A stretch of 64,000 nucleotides of DNA from an uncultured Acidobacteriota bacterium. Lineage in GTDB: Bacteria; Acidobacteriota; Thermoanaerobaculia; Gp7-AA8. This document shows, piece by piece, positions 49,547 through 59,157 of the stretch. The stretch lies in assembly GCA_963741955.1 (NCBI GenBank), contig CAVUKB010000005.1, forward strand, positions 736,001 through 800,000, read 5' to 3'. Under the pieces are notes generated by a model. That model was given only the letters and a program-made list of their open reading frames with translations, searched no databases and had not been told where the DNA came from. Both the position numbers and the translations under genes were made by a program. How positions within the stretch are numbered: the stretch's first letter is position 1; each line of letters starts with the position of its first letter.

Positions 49547-51010
49547 CTACGACCCCCCTTCGCCTGGTTTCATCGCGAAGACGACCCCGAGCGGGCCGGC
49601 CCTCTGAATCGGCTTGATCCTGAACTCACGCGCGAGAACGGCGAATTCGGGAGACTGTATCTCCCCCACCCATACGAAGGAGCCGAGAGATCTCAGAGCC
49701 TCACTCTCCTTGCGGAGATCCCTCGCCGGCTCGACGGCCCGCCACCCCGGATGGTGGGCCTGTGACGCCGGAAACGGGATCACCAACGGATCCCAGGTGC
49801 GATTCTCCAGCATCACCACCTCGAGGTAAACGAGCCCACTGGTGACGATCGGCACGCGAGCGGGAACGTTCTCCCGGACATACAGCGCAGCCGCTTCGTA
49901 GGGATCGGGTGGCGCCGAAGCCTGAGAGAGAATCATCGACGCACAGGCCAGCACCCCGACGGCGGTGGCGGTCCCGAAGAGCACGGCCCGACCCGGCCAT
50001 TTCCACTGAGCCACGCCTTCACCCATCCAGAGAACGAAGGGCACCGTCAGAACGGACTCGAATCGCATCGGGAAGTAGACCGGCTTTCCTGCGAGAGAGA
50101 AGCCGACCACGACCAGCGAGGGAAACAGCACCACCGCCGCGAAGCGCCGGCCGCGGGGACTCGCCAATCCCGCAGCGGCCATCAGCGCAACCACCAGGAT
50201 GGAGATCACACGCAGGACGACCGGCGCATCGAACAGAACGTAGGAGGGATATTTCGCGGCAAACCCGAGTTGTGTCGCGATCGATGCGGCAACCGCCGAT
50301 GGCGAGGCGGGAGCGCCGGCCGCCATCCACGCGATCGCCTCTCGTGGCTGAGACCACGCGAGCCAGAAACCGGGAATGTAGAGAATTCCGGCGGCCACTC
50401 CCGCCACGGCGCCACGCAGCGCCTCCCGCCAGCGGGCTTCCACGGCCGCCATGATCGCCGGCAACGGAAGAAAAAGAACTCCGTAATCGTGCGTCCATGC
50501 CGCGACGAGAAACGCGAGCATCGACAACCAGAGGAAACGCCCCCCGCCGTCGGTCAGCCATCGGTCCGCCGCCAGGACTCCCACTCCCACCAGGCTGAGG
50601 CAAAGTGCATACGCGCGTGCTTCGGTGGTGTAGTAGAAGTTCGCCGGGACGACGACCAGAAGCACTGCTGCGGCGAACCTCCATCTGCCGAGCCACTGGC
50701 CCCGGAGGATCACGAACAGTGGGACCATCCCGACCGCGATCGAGAATGCGCGGAGAGTCTGCACCGGCACTGCGGAAAGCGGAACGAGCAGGTGAGCGAT
50801 GAGATAGTAAAGGGGTGGCCCCGAATCCCGCATCAGCTGCGCGAAGAGCCGCGGGAGCGGCAGCAATGCAGCCCAGACCGTGAACTTCTCGTCGAAGAAC
50901 GGGCGGCGCGCCAGGGCGAACACTCCCCGCAGGAGGAGATCACTGGTGAGGACGGCGATGAAGATCGGGATCCGACGTCGGACGGGTTCGTCGACTGCCG
51001 GAACGTTCAC
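49547..51010 (-). CDS. Polytopic membrane glycosyltransferase (GT-C / GT39-like)
   Basis: FFDE, D.GPPLYY, LR..S, YYTTEARAY; many TM segments. Confidence 0.78.
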   Translation of the reverse strand: MNVPAVDEPVRRRIPIFIAVLTSDLLLRGVFALARRPFFDEKFTVWAALLPLPRLFAQLMRDSGPPLYYLIAHLLVPLSAVPVQTLRAFSIAVGMVPLFVILRGQWLGRWRFAAAVLLVVVPANFYYTTEARAYALCLSLVGVGVLAADRWLTDGGGRFLWLSMLAFLVAAWTHDYGVLFLPLPAIMAAVEARWREALRGAVAGVAAGILYIPGFWLAWSQPREAIAWMAAGAPASPSAVAASIATQLGFAAKYPSYVLFDAPVVLRVISILVVALMAAAGLASPRGRRFAAVVLFPSLVVVGFSLAGKPVYFPMRFESVLTVPFVLWMGEGVAQWKWPGRAVLFGTATAVGVLACASMILSQASAPPDPYEAAALYVRENVPARVPIVTSGLVYLEVVMLENRTWDPLVIPFPASQAHHPGWRAVEPARDLRKESEALRSLGSFVWVGEIQSPEFAVLAREFRIKPIQRAGPLGVVFAMKPGEGGS

Positions 51011-51381
51011 GCAGTGAGGAGCTCCGTGATCGTCTTGATCAGGTGAGAAGACTGGATCGGCTTCGAGATATAGGCATTCGCGCCGAGCGCCAGTCCGCGC
51101 TCGCGATCCTCTTCCGCCCCTTCGGTGGTGATGATGATGATCGGGATCTCTTTCAGCTGTGCGTTCTGGCGCACCAGAGAGACGAGCTTCAGCCCGTCCA
51201 TCACCGGCATGTTGATGTCGGTCAGGATCAGATCGATGTTCTCGCCCGAGAGTTTCTTGAGCGCATCGACACCGTCGACCGCTTCAATGATGCGGGAGTT
51301 CTTGAATCTCTTCAAAGAGAAAGAGATCAACTGCCGCATGGTGGGCGAGTCTTCAACGACCAGAAAAGTGGCATTCTCCAT
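51007..51381 (-). CDS. CheY-like single-domain response regulator
   Basis: VEDS, TDINMP.MDG, ITTE, KP. Confidence 0.93.
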   Translation of the reverse strand: MENATFLVVEDSPTMRQLISFSLKRFKNSRIIEAVDGVDALKKLSGENIDLILTDINMPVMDGLKLVSLVRQNAQLKEIPIIIITTEGAEEDRERGLALGANAYISKPIQSSHLIKTITELLTA

Positions 51382-51396
51382 CCGTCAGGCATCCGT

Positions 51397-52218
51397 TCAA
51401 TTGGTAGTCAGCAGATCGAGGAAGCTCTGGATCGTATTCAGCTTTCGCTCCGACTGCGAGTAAAGCTTCGAAGAGAAGATCGCGGTCGCCGCGTGGGCGG
51501 CGAGAAGCGAAAAGAGCTCGTAGTCGACCGCAGTGAAGGAATCCTTCTGCTGGAGCAGACTGTAGATGACGATCAGCCCGATCACGTGTTCCTTGATCTT
51601 GAGAGGAACGGCGGCGAGAGGGCGGTCGAGGGAGACGTCCCCTCCTTCGATGTCCTGGTTGACGTAATAGCTCTCTCCGGTCTTGGCGACTTCCCCGAGA
51701 ATGCCTTCGCCCAGGCGAATGGTCATCTCCCCGATTCCGCGAAGCTGCTCCGTCCCTTCTGCGGCGATCGCCTTCAGATCGTTCGATTTCTCGTCCAGCA
51801 GGAGGAGGGCGAAGCACTCCGCTCCGACCAGGTTGATGATGATCTCCTGGACGATCTGGATCACTTCCCTGAAATCGAGAGTCGAATGGAGCTGATAACT
51901 CGCGACGTAGAGATTCGCGAGATTGTTGTTCTGCTCTTCGATCTCGACGTAGCGGTGGGCGAAGTCCTTGTTCTCTTCCTCCACTCGCTCGAAGCGCTCC
52001 GTCAGGCGGCGGTTCTCTTCCATCACCTGCTGGAACTGATCGCGAAGGTGCTGCATCTCCTCGATCGTGGCGCTGGAGACCTCGTTCGAGCTCTCCAGCG
52101 AGGCGAGACGATACCGGAGCCGCTGGTTCTCCTTCAGGAGAGCCTCGGTGAATTCTTTCCCCTTGTTGAAGAGCTCGAGGAATTTTTCGGCTTTGCGGTT
52201 GACGTCGTCTGTGCTCAT
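51397..52218 (-). CDS. Coiled-coil + GAF domain protein
   Basis: Long heptad N-terminal region, LYVASYQLHSTLD, GEGI.G.VAKTG, VPLKI, D.ELF..LA.HAA.A. Confidence 0.85.
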   Translation of the reverse strand: MSTDDVNRKAEKFLELFNKGKEFTEALLKENQRLRYRLASLESSNEVSSATIEEMQHLRDQFQQVMEENRRLTERFERVEEENKDFAHRYVEIEEQNNNLANLYVASYQLHSTLDFREVIQIVQEIIINLVGAECFALLLLDEKSNDLKAIAAEGTEQLRGIGEMTIRLGEGILGEVAKTGESYYVNQDIEGGDVSLDRPLAAVPLKIKEHVIGLIVIYSLLQQKDSFTAVDYELFSLLAAHAATAIFSSKLYSQSERKLNTIQSFLDLLTTN

Positions 52219-52270
52219 GCGGACCCGTTGAATCTAACACAACTGCCGAGCTCTAAATAAGCAATTTCTT

Positions 52271-53311
52271 TCATCCCATGCAGATACGATGAATCGCTCC
52301 GGGGATCTCACCGACGGGAAGAACCTCCTCCACCGCGCCGGTACGGATCGCCTCTCCCGGCATCCCGAAGATGATCGCGGTCGATGCCGCCTCGGCGATG
52401 GTCCTTCCCCCGGCTTCGCGGATCCGACGGATCGAATCGGCTCCGTCATCGCCCATTCCGGTCAGGACGATCGCCAGAACCCGGTCGGCACAACTCTCCA
52501 CTGCGCTGGAAAAGAGCCGGTTCACCGACGGTGCATAGAGATCACTGACACTCTTTTCGGAGACGCGGATTCTCAGATCCTCACCACTCCTGACGATCTC
52601 GGTCTGAGATCCCCCCGGCGCGATGTAGACCCATCCCGTCACGAGCGGCTCGCCGTCTTCCGCCTCTTTGACCCGGTAGCTCGCGAGCCGGTTCATTCGC
52701 TCCGCGAACACCCGGGTGAACGTCTGCGGCATGTGCTGGGCGACGACGAACGGTACGGGGATGAGGGGCGTCTGCTGGAAGAGGCTCTGGAGTGCAGGAG
52801 GGCCCCCCGTGGAGGCGCCGATCACCACGAGATCGATGTTCTTGGCCCGGCCGCTGACCATCCGGTCCGACCTCGCCCGGGGAGGCTCTTCCTCGTGAAT
52901 CCGCTTCTGGACGTTCTCCAGCCGGATCTCCGCACATTGCCGGACTTTCGAGAGCAACTCCTCGCCGATCTCTTCGAGCCGCGGCGAGACGCGCCCTCCC
53001 GGCTTCGCGATGAAGTCGACGGCCCCCAGCTCCAGCGCCTTGAACACGCTCCGGTCACTCGCCCGCGACGAAACCGCGATGACCGGGCGAGGGAGGTTCG
53101 CCATCAGCCAGCGGAGAAACGCGAATCCGTCCATCACCGGCATCTCGAGATCGAGCGTGATCACGTCGGGGCGGTAACGGAGCACCTGCTTGATTCCATC
53201 CTCACCGTTGATCGCGGTCGCGACCACCTGAACCTCGCCGCTCGACTCCAGCATCTTGGCCAGAGTGACCCTGTTGTAGGCGGAATCATCGATGACGATG
53301 GCTTTGATCAT
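52271..53311 (-). CDS. cheB: Chemotaxis methylesterase (REC + CheB)
   Basis: TLDLEMP.MDG, GASTGGP, QHMP, PSV, LTGMGDDG, FGMP. Confidence 0.95.
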   Translation of the reverse strand: MIKAIVIDDSAYNRVTLAKMLESSGEVQVVATAINGEDGIKQVLRYRPDVITLDLEMPVMDGFAFLRWLMANLPRPVIAVSSRASDRSVFKALELGAVDFIAKPGGRVSPRLEEIGEELLSKVRQCAEIRLENVQKRIHEEEPPRARSDRMVSGRAKNIDLVVIGASTGGPPALQSLFQQTPLIPVPFVVAQHMPQTFTRVFAERMNRLASYRVKEAEDGEPLVTGWVYIAPGGSQTEIVRSGEDLRIRVSEKSVSDLYAPSVNRLFSSAVESCADRVLAIVLTGMGDDGADSIRRIREAGGRTIAEAASTAIIFGMPGEAIRTGAVEEVLPVGEIPGAIHRICMG

Positions 53312-53481
53312 TCGCAGTCGGGCCCGGGAGCTCCGCCGCTGCGAGGAACGGCAGCTGGTGCGGAGCAAGCCGGGCTCTCCGCGCTGAAGGATATGCAAAA
53401 ACCCCGAAGAATGGGAGAGCGATTACAGGTCGAACGCTGCACGGCGGCGCGGAAAGGAGGATCGGTTCGGTTTTCGGACCG

Positions 53482-54333
53482 TCAGCGCTGGTAGACCATG
53501 TCGTGCTTCAGATGCCGGAGCCGGAAATGCGTCGAGAGGGAGATCAGTGATTCGGAGTGGCCCAGGAGAAGGTAACCGCCGTCCCCCAGACGGTTGTAGA
53601 AGCTGCCGATCACGGCACGCTTGGAGCTCTCGTCGAAATAGATGATCACGTTCCGGCAGAAGATCACGTCCAGCTGACCGAGAAGGGCAACCCGGGATTC
53701 GTCGTACAGGTTCACCCGGCCGAACGAGACCCGATTGCGGATCGAGTCGCCGATTCGCCATGAGGAGTCGGGCTCGCGGGTGAAGTATCGCTCCCGGAGC
53801 TCGGGCGACGTTGCGCGAAATGCATTCTCTCGATAGATGCCTTTGCGCGCCTTTGCGAGGACGAGTTGATTGATGTCACTGGCGAAGATCTCGAACTGAG
53901 CGCGCTCGTAGTATCCCCTCTCGGCAAGGAGCATGGCGATGGTGTACGGCTCTTCACCCGAAGAACAGCCGGCCGACCAGATCCGGATCTTCCGGCTCCC
54001 CTTCTTTTCGATCAGCTCCGGAACGATCTCCTCGATGAAGGCCGAGAGCTGGGCGGGCTCGCGCATGAAATACGTCTCGTTCGTGGTGACCACGTCGAAG
54101 ATCCGGTCCATCTCCGAGTCGGATCTCGGGTCGTACTGCAGAAAGTAGAAGTACTTCTGGAAGGATTCGAAGTTCAGTTCGCGGGCGCGGGCGGAGAGGC
54201 GCTTCTGCAGAAGGTACTTGGAGCTGTCGGCGAACCAGAGACCGCTCTTGCTGTAGATCAGATCCCGCAGCATCCGGAAGACGTCGTCCGGAAGCTCGAG
54301 ATGATGATTCAGGGACAGGTTGAACGAGCTCAT
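53482..54333 (-). CDS. cheR: Chemotaxis methyltransferase
   Basis: TTNETYFMRE, IWSAGCSSGEEPY, DVIFCRNVIIYF, LGHSES. Confidence 0.95.
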   Translation of the reverse strand: MSSFNLSLNHHLELPDDVFRMLRDLIYSKSGLWFADSSKYLLQKRLSARARELNFESFQKYFYFLQYDPRSDSEMDRIFDVVTTNETYFMREPAQLSAFIEEIVPELIEKKGSRKIRIWSAGCSSGEEPYTIAMLLAERGYYERAQFEIFASDINQLVLAKARKGIYRENAFRATSPELRERYFTREPDSSWRIGDSIRNRVSFGRVNLYDESRVALLGQLDVIFCRNVIIYFDESSKRAVIGSFYNRLGDGGYLLLGHSESLISLSTHFRLRHLKHDMVYQR

Positions 54334-54394
54334 GGAACGGTTTCACCGATCTGAAGGATCATCGCCGTTTTCCGCCGAGTGCTCTGGCGGCACA

Positions 54395-56644
54395 TCACGA
54401 ACGCGACTCCCGCTGCGACTGGTCGGCGCCTCTCATCGCCTCGAGGATCGCCGCGATGACCGGCTCGCGCCGGTTGTCGGCTTCCCTCCAGGCCGCCTCG
54501 AGGAGCGAACGATAAATCTCCTTGTGCCGGACGAGCAGATCCGAGACGTCGTCCAGAATCGCCGGGTTGTCGAGTGACTGCAGGAGGAACGGGAACGATT
54601 CCGGCCTCCCGAGTTTGTCGATCGCCTCCACGGCAGAGTGCTGAACGTACGGATCGGGATCGTCGGCAAGAATGTGATGGACCTGATCGAGCACTCGCGT
54701 GTCGCCACGGTTGCCGAGGGCCACGACTGCAGCGGCGCGGAGACGCCAGTCCGGATGCTGGAGCGTCGCGGTCAGGCGCTCGAAGACTTCCTCGCCCGGG
54801 ATGCGCGCGAGTGCCTGGATCGCTGCTCGCCGGATCTCCGGATCTTCGATATCCGCGGCTTCGAGCAGAGCTGGCAGGACTTCTCGGAGCGCGGACTTCC
54901 CGAGCGCTTCGATTGCCGCGATCTTCACCGGAGCGAGATCCTCGCGCAGATGCTGAACGAGATGAGGGACAGCCGCCTGGTGGCGGTATTCGCCGAGTGC
55001 CTGCGCCGCGGCGGTCCTGATCCAGACGTCTCCGTCCTCGAGGGAGCTGAAGAGCGGATCGAGGCCCGTCTCGGGTCGGAGGTGGACGATCGCGTTGATT
55101 GCAGCGAGGCGCACTCCGGTCGACTCGTCGGCGAGGGAGAGGACCAGCTGGGCGGCAAAACGTTCTTCGCTGAATTTCCCCATCAGCGAGATCGCTTTCT
55201 GCCGGATCACCGGGTCCCCGTCCTTCGATGCGAGCAGTAGCTCGTCGTGGTAGCCCTCTCCCTGGATGTTCACGTAGATCGAGAGCGAGTTGAGCTTGAT
55301 GGGGATCGACGACGACGCGAGCAGTTTTCTGATTTTGACCAGAGTGTCGTTCTTGATCTCCGGGAACGCCGCTACGAGGGCGGAGATCGAGTTCACCGCT
55401 GCCTGTTGCGCTCCAACGTCCGCGTCGTCCAGCTCCGCGAGGAGGTAGTCGATCGAGGATGGATCGAGAATCTCACCCAGGGTCTCGATCGCGAGGCGCC
55501 GGATCATCGAGTTCGGATGGTCGAGGAACGAGAGAATGGTCGGAATCGATTCCGCCCCGGCGATCAGGTTCAGCACCCGGAGGAGGAGAGCCGTGACGTC
55601 GTCGTCTTCCGAATTCCTGAGCTTCTGGAGGACCGGGATCGTCGCGTCGCTCCCGTAGTCGATGAGTGCCTCCGCCGCAACTTCGGCCGTCTCCGGGTTC
55701 TCGATGAATTCGAGGAGAACGTCGAGAGCTTCGGCGTCACCCGACCATCCGAGCAGCTTGAGGATGAAGCTTCGTACCTCGCGCTTCGGGGTCGCCCGGA
55801 GATGGTCGATCAGCGGATGCATTTTGGACTTCGGGAATGCTTCCCGGAACCGCTTCTGGATCACTGCCCTTTCCGCGGCCTCCACGATGCGGGGCTTGTC
55901 CGCTTCGGCGATGCGGATCAATGCGCGAAGCGCGGTCAGGTTCAGCTTCTCTTCCTCGTTGATCACCTTCAGGAGGAAATTCACGGTTCCCACGTCGGCG
56001 ATTTTTCCCACCGATTCGAGTACCGGTTTGCGGAGCGACTTTTCGGCATAAAGGGGAAGAATGGACGGGAGGGCGGCCCGATCACCGATCTCGCCGAGCG
56101 CCTCGATCACGTGAAACTTCAGCCACAGGTCGTCCCGCCGGAGAGCACGCAGCAGATCCGGGAGGGAGCGGGGATCACGGTACTTGCCGATCGAGGTGAC
56201 CACCGAAGAGAGCACGTTGACGTCGGTCTCGGTGGCCAGTAGTTTGAGGAGCCGCTCGAGCGCCGCTTCGTTCCGCAGGTCTCCGAGCAGATTGACGAGC
56301 GAGAGCCGGACGTCGACATCGCCCTCCCGCTCCACTCTTGCCAGGACGTGAGGAAGAGCGTCGGCGCCGATGCGGATCAGCGCCTCCGTCGCGGAGTTTC
56401 GCTTCCCGGCATTCTCCGGATCGTGCAGTGCGTCGAGGAGTCCCTCGACCACTCTCGCGGAAGGTTCTCGAAGCAGTCCTTCGATGATGGTTTTCCGGAC
56501 GCGCCAGTCGCGGTCACCGAGCATCTCGAAGATCAGCGGAAGGTCCTCGGGCCCGATCTGTCGAGCGACCTGCTGAGCCGCTTTCTGGCGAAGGTCCGCG
56601 TCGCTGGATCTCGCCTGTTCCAGGAGCTTCTGATCGGTCGTCAT
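54395..56644 (-). CDS. HEAT-repeat protein
   Basis: Many L.D....VR..A..ALG units over 749 aa. Confidence 0.9.
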   Translation of the reverse strand: MTTDQKLLEQARSSDADLRQKAAQQVARQIGPEDLPLIFEMLGDRDWRVRKTIIEGLLREPSARVVEGLLDALHDPENAGKRNSATEALIRIGADALPHVLARVEREGDVDVRLSLVNLLGDLRNEAALERLLKLLATETDVNVLSSVVTSIGKYRDPRSLPDLLRALRRDDLWLKFHVIEALGEIGDRAALPSILPLYAEKSLRKPVLESVGKIADVGTVNFLLKVINEEEKLNLTALRALIRIAEADKPRIVEAAERAVIQKRFREAFPKSKMHPLIDHLRATPKREVRSFILKLLGWSGDAEALDVLLEFIENPETAEVAAEALIDYGSDATIPVLQKLRNSEDDDVTALLLRVLNLIAGAESIPTILSFLDHPNSMIRRLAIETLGEILDPSSIDYLLAELDDADVGAQQAAVNSISALVAAFPEIKNDTLVKIRKLLASSSIPIKLNSLSIYVNIQGEGYHDELLLASKDGDPVIRQKAISLMGKFSEERFAAQLVLSLADESTGVRLAAINAIVHLRPETGLDPLFSSLEDGDVWIRTAAAQALGEYRHQAAVPHLVQHLREDLAPVKIAAIEALGKSALREVLPALLEAADIEDPEIRRAAIQALARIPGEEVFERLTATLQHPDWRLRAAAVVALGNRGDTRVLDQVHHILADDPDPYVQHSAVEAIDKLGRPESFPFLLQSLDNPAILDDVSDLLVRHKEIYRSLLEAAWREADNRREPVIAAILEAMRGADQSQRESRS

Positions 56645-57465
56645 GAGTGTTCGGTGCCGGTTCTCAGACGTTGGAGCTCCTCACGCTTCATCTGGACGAA
56701 CTGCTGAAGAGTCTCGGTGAAGATCTCCGTCGTCTGGCGGACGCGAAGAGGGACGCGGGATTCGTAGTACTGCCGTCCGTCGGCGATCTCGTCGCCGAGT
56801 ACGTCGAAAAAAGTTCCCTCCCGGATTCCTCGCTCCACCTTCTCGTTGTTGTAGATGATGATGTCGGAGAGGATCAGCCGGGCCAGCCTCCGCGCCTCGT
56901 CGATCTCGACCGGCTCGGGATGGAGCGCGGTGGTGGGACGCGCGTCGGGGAAAAGCTTCTCGATGATCCCGCGAAGCTCCCGCGCCGGGATCTGCTCCTC
57001 GATGTATTCGTCCGCTCCATAGAGGTTCGTCGGGTTGGCCCTGAACCGATTGGCCCTGAAAAGTGCGCCGATCAGCACCACCCGGGTCTGCGCGAGCCTG
57101 GGATCGGCTTTGATCTCCTCCGCGATCTCGACTCCGAGCTTCCCCTTCAGATAAACGTTCAGGATCACCAGCGCGGCGCTCCGCTCTCGAACGAATGCCA
57201 GTGCGGCGTCGCCGCTCTCGAAGAACTGCACCTTGAAATTCATCTGCGCGAGCTGATCACCGAGGAACTTTCGAAACTCCCGCGGTTCGTCGGCGATGAC
57301 CGCGATACGTTCCGACGATCCCGAAGCATCGGCGCCCGTCGCAGCGGAAGGTCGCAGCACCATCTGTTTCCCGCACGAAGGACATGCGAGACGGACGGGC
57401 GTAGCGAGAGGCAGTTTCACTGCCGCTCTGAAAATCGCGTTGCATTGCCGGCATTTCAGTTCCAT
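56641..57465 (-). CDS. Zinc-ribbon + pseudo-receiver + RomX-like C-terminal domain protein
   Basis: CRQC...CPSC; REC fold with Asn at the phospho-acceptor site (LVILNVYL); C-terminal ARRLARLILSDIIIYN..K...GI.....F......I..GR..Y.SRV. Confidence 0.8.
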   Translation of the reverse strand: MELKCRQCNAIFRAAVKLPLATPVRLACPSCGKQMVLRPSAATGADASGSSERIAVIADEPREFRKFLGDQLAQMNFKVQFFESGDAALAFVRERSAALVILNVYLKGKLGVEIAEEIKADPRLAQTRVVLIGALFRANRFRANPTNLYGADEYIEEQIPARELRGIIEKLFPDARPTTALHPEPVEIDEARRLARLILSDIIIYNNEKVERGIREGTFFDVLGDEIADGRQYYESRVPLRVRQTTEIFTETLQQFVQMKREELQRLRTGTEHS

Positions 57466-57477
57466 AGGCAGGTGATC

Positions 57478-58341
57478 CTAGAAAGTTAGCACTCGATCCA
57501 GATCGAGAAGTATCGACAGCCTGTCACCGGACTGAAATACCCCGTCGATGTATTCGCTCTGCTCGTTCGCGTTGACCACGGGATGTTTCTCGATCTGCGA
57601 CGGATCGATCTTGATCACCCGCGAGACCCGATCGACGGGGAAGCCGGCAGTTTCGCCTTTCGCCTCCACGACGATGATTCTCACATCGGGATGATCCAGC
57701 GAAGTAACGGGATGTCCGAGCGTCCGGCGTAGATCCAGAATTGTGACGATTGTACCCCTGAGGGAGATGATTCCCATGACGGTGTCCGAGGAATTCGGCA
57801 CCCGGGTCGGAGTGCGCGGCGTGATGATCTCGATGATCCGTTCGAGATCGACGGCGTAATGTTCTCCCGCGAGGTCGAAACTCAGAAGCTGCCGGAGATC
57901 CTCTCCTCCCTCCTCCTGCTGGACGGAGAGGAGCCGCACTTCCTCGACCCTCTGTCCCGCCCCGCGCTTGAACCGCTCCAGACGGGCACCTGCAGTCGCA
58001 GCCGGAAGCCCGCGTTTCGAAGCTGCGGGGGCCGAGGGGGCCTTCTCCTCCCGCACATCGTTCGGAGCCGATCTTGCGGGCTCCGTTTTCGCCAGCGGTC
58101 GCCCTCCCGAATCGTCTCCCGCTCCCGGAGCGTCATCCCCGCCCCCGCGGGCACTCTTCTTTTCGGTGCGCTCGGGCTTCGACTGCGGAGACGCCTTCCG
58201 GGGTTTCGAAGAACGGGGAGGTTTCTGCCGCCTCTCCGTTTCCTCGATCGATTCCGGAGTCTCTTCCCCGCCGTTCGCCTCCTGTGACAGGGCCGCCGCC
58301 TTCTCCTTCGCCTTCCTGCGAATCTTCACCAGATCAACCAT
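57478..58341 (-). CDS. cheW: CheW with a long N-terminal disordered extension
   Basis: F.LAGEHYA, I.EII, TRVP, GIISLRG.IV, VD.V, LLDL. Confidence 0.9.
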   Translation of the reverse strand: MVDLVKIRRKAKEKAAALSQEANGGEETPESIEETERRQKPPRSSKPRKASPQSKPERTEKKSARGGGDDAPGAGDDSGGRPLAKTEPARSAPNDVREEKAPSAPAASKRGLPAATAGARLERFKRGAGQRVEEVRLLSVQQEEGGEDLRQLLSFDLAGEHYAVDLERIIEIITPRTPTRVPNSSDTVMGIISLRGTIVTILDLRRTLGHPVTSLDHPDVRIIVVEAKGETAGFPVDRVSRVIKIDPSQIEKHPVVNANEQSEYIDGVFQSGDRLSILLDLDRVLTF

Positions 58342-58349
58342 GGTTCATC

Positions 58350-59153
58350 TCACCTGATCAGACGGTGTTCCCGCGCCGCCGCACGAACACGATCTGCCTC
58401 CACTGTCGAAGCGTCTTCCCCGAAAGCGTCGAGAAGTGCAGTCGTCGCGATCGTATTGATCAGCCGGGGAATTCCTCCGGTCGCCTCGTGAACCGCCGCC
58501 ACCGCCTCGGGAGTGAACGGATTCGACTCTCCCCCCGCTACACGGATCCGGTGGTCGATGTACTCACTGGTCTGCTCGGGAGTCAGGGGCCCGAGATTGT
58601 AGCGGAGTCCGATCCTCTGGCGCAGCGCGGCGTACGCCTTGTGGTCGAGCCGCGATTCGAGCTCCGGCTGTCCGAGGAGAACCAGAGCCAGAAGGTTCTG
58701 GTCGTCGAGCTGGAAATTGGTCAGGAGTCGGATCTCGTCGAACGTCGCCTTTTTCGGAATGAGCTGCGCCTCGTCGATGATCACCACCGGCTCACGCCCT
58801 TGTTCGTACAACTCGTACAGCGCAGTGTGAATCTGGTCCAGAAGATCGTTGCGGAAACGCTGCGGAACGAGACCCAGTCCCGAAGCGATGGTGCGAAGCA
58901 GCTGAGCAGGGGTCAGGACTGGATTGATGATCAGAACCACCGGATGCGATTCGCCGATCCGGTCGATCAATGCCCGGGAGATGGTCGTCTTTCCCGATCC
59001 CACGTCCCCGGAGAGGAGCGCGAAGTCCTTCTCGTCGACTGCGTACTCCAGCCTCGCGAGAGCTTCCCTGTGTTGTGGGCTCTCGTACAGGTAGGCCGGA
59101 TTCGGCGTTCTGCCGAACGGTGCCTCACGGAATCCGAAGAACTCGTGGTACAT
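58350..59153 (-). CDS. ExeA/GspA-family AAA ATPase (ATPase domain only)
   Basis: MYHEFFGF..PF..TP.P, GDVGSGKT, IIDEAQ, LLGQPEL, LRQRI, GIPRLIN. Confidence 0.9.
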   Translation of the reverse strand: MYHEFFGFREAPFGRTPNPAYLYESPQHREALARLEYAVDEKDFALLSGDVGSGKTTISRALIDRIGESHPVVLIINPVLTPAQLLRTIASGLGLVPQRFRNDLLDQIHTALYELYEQGREPVVIIDEAQLIPKKATFDEIRLLTNFQLDDQNLLALVLLGQPELESRLDHKAYAALRQRIGLRYNLGPLTPEQTSEYIDHRIRVAGGESNPFTPEAVAAVHEATGGIPRLINTIATTALLDAFGEDASTVEADRVRAAAREHRLIR

Positions 59154-59157
59154 GGGC

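Noticed and set aside
58350-59153. Type II secretion locus or transposon TniB-like ATPase
   Set aside because: No secretion genes or transposase nearby; the gene is embedded in the che operon.
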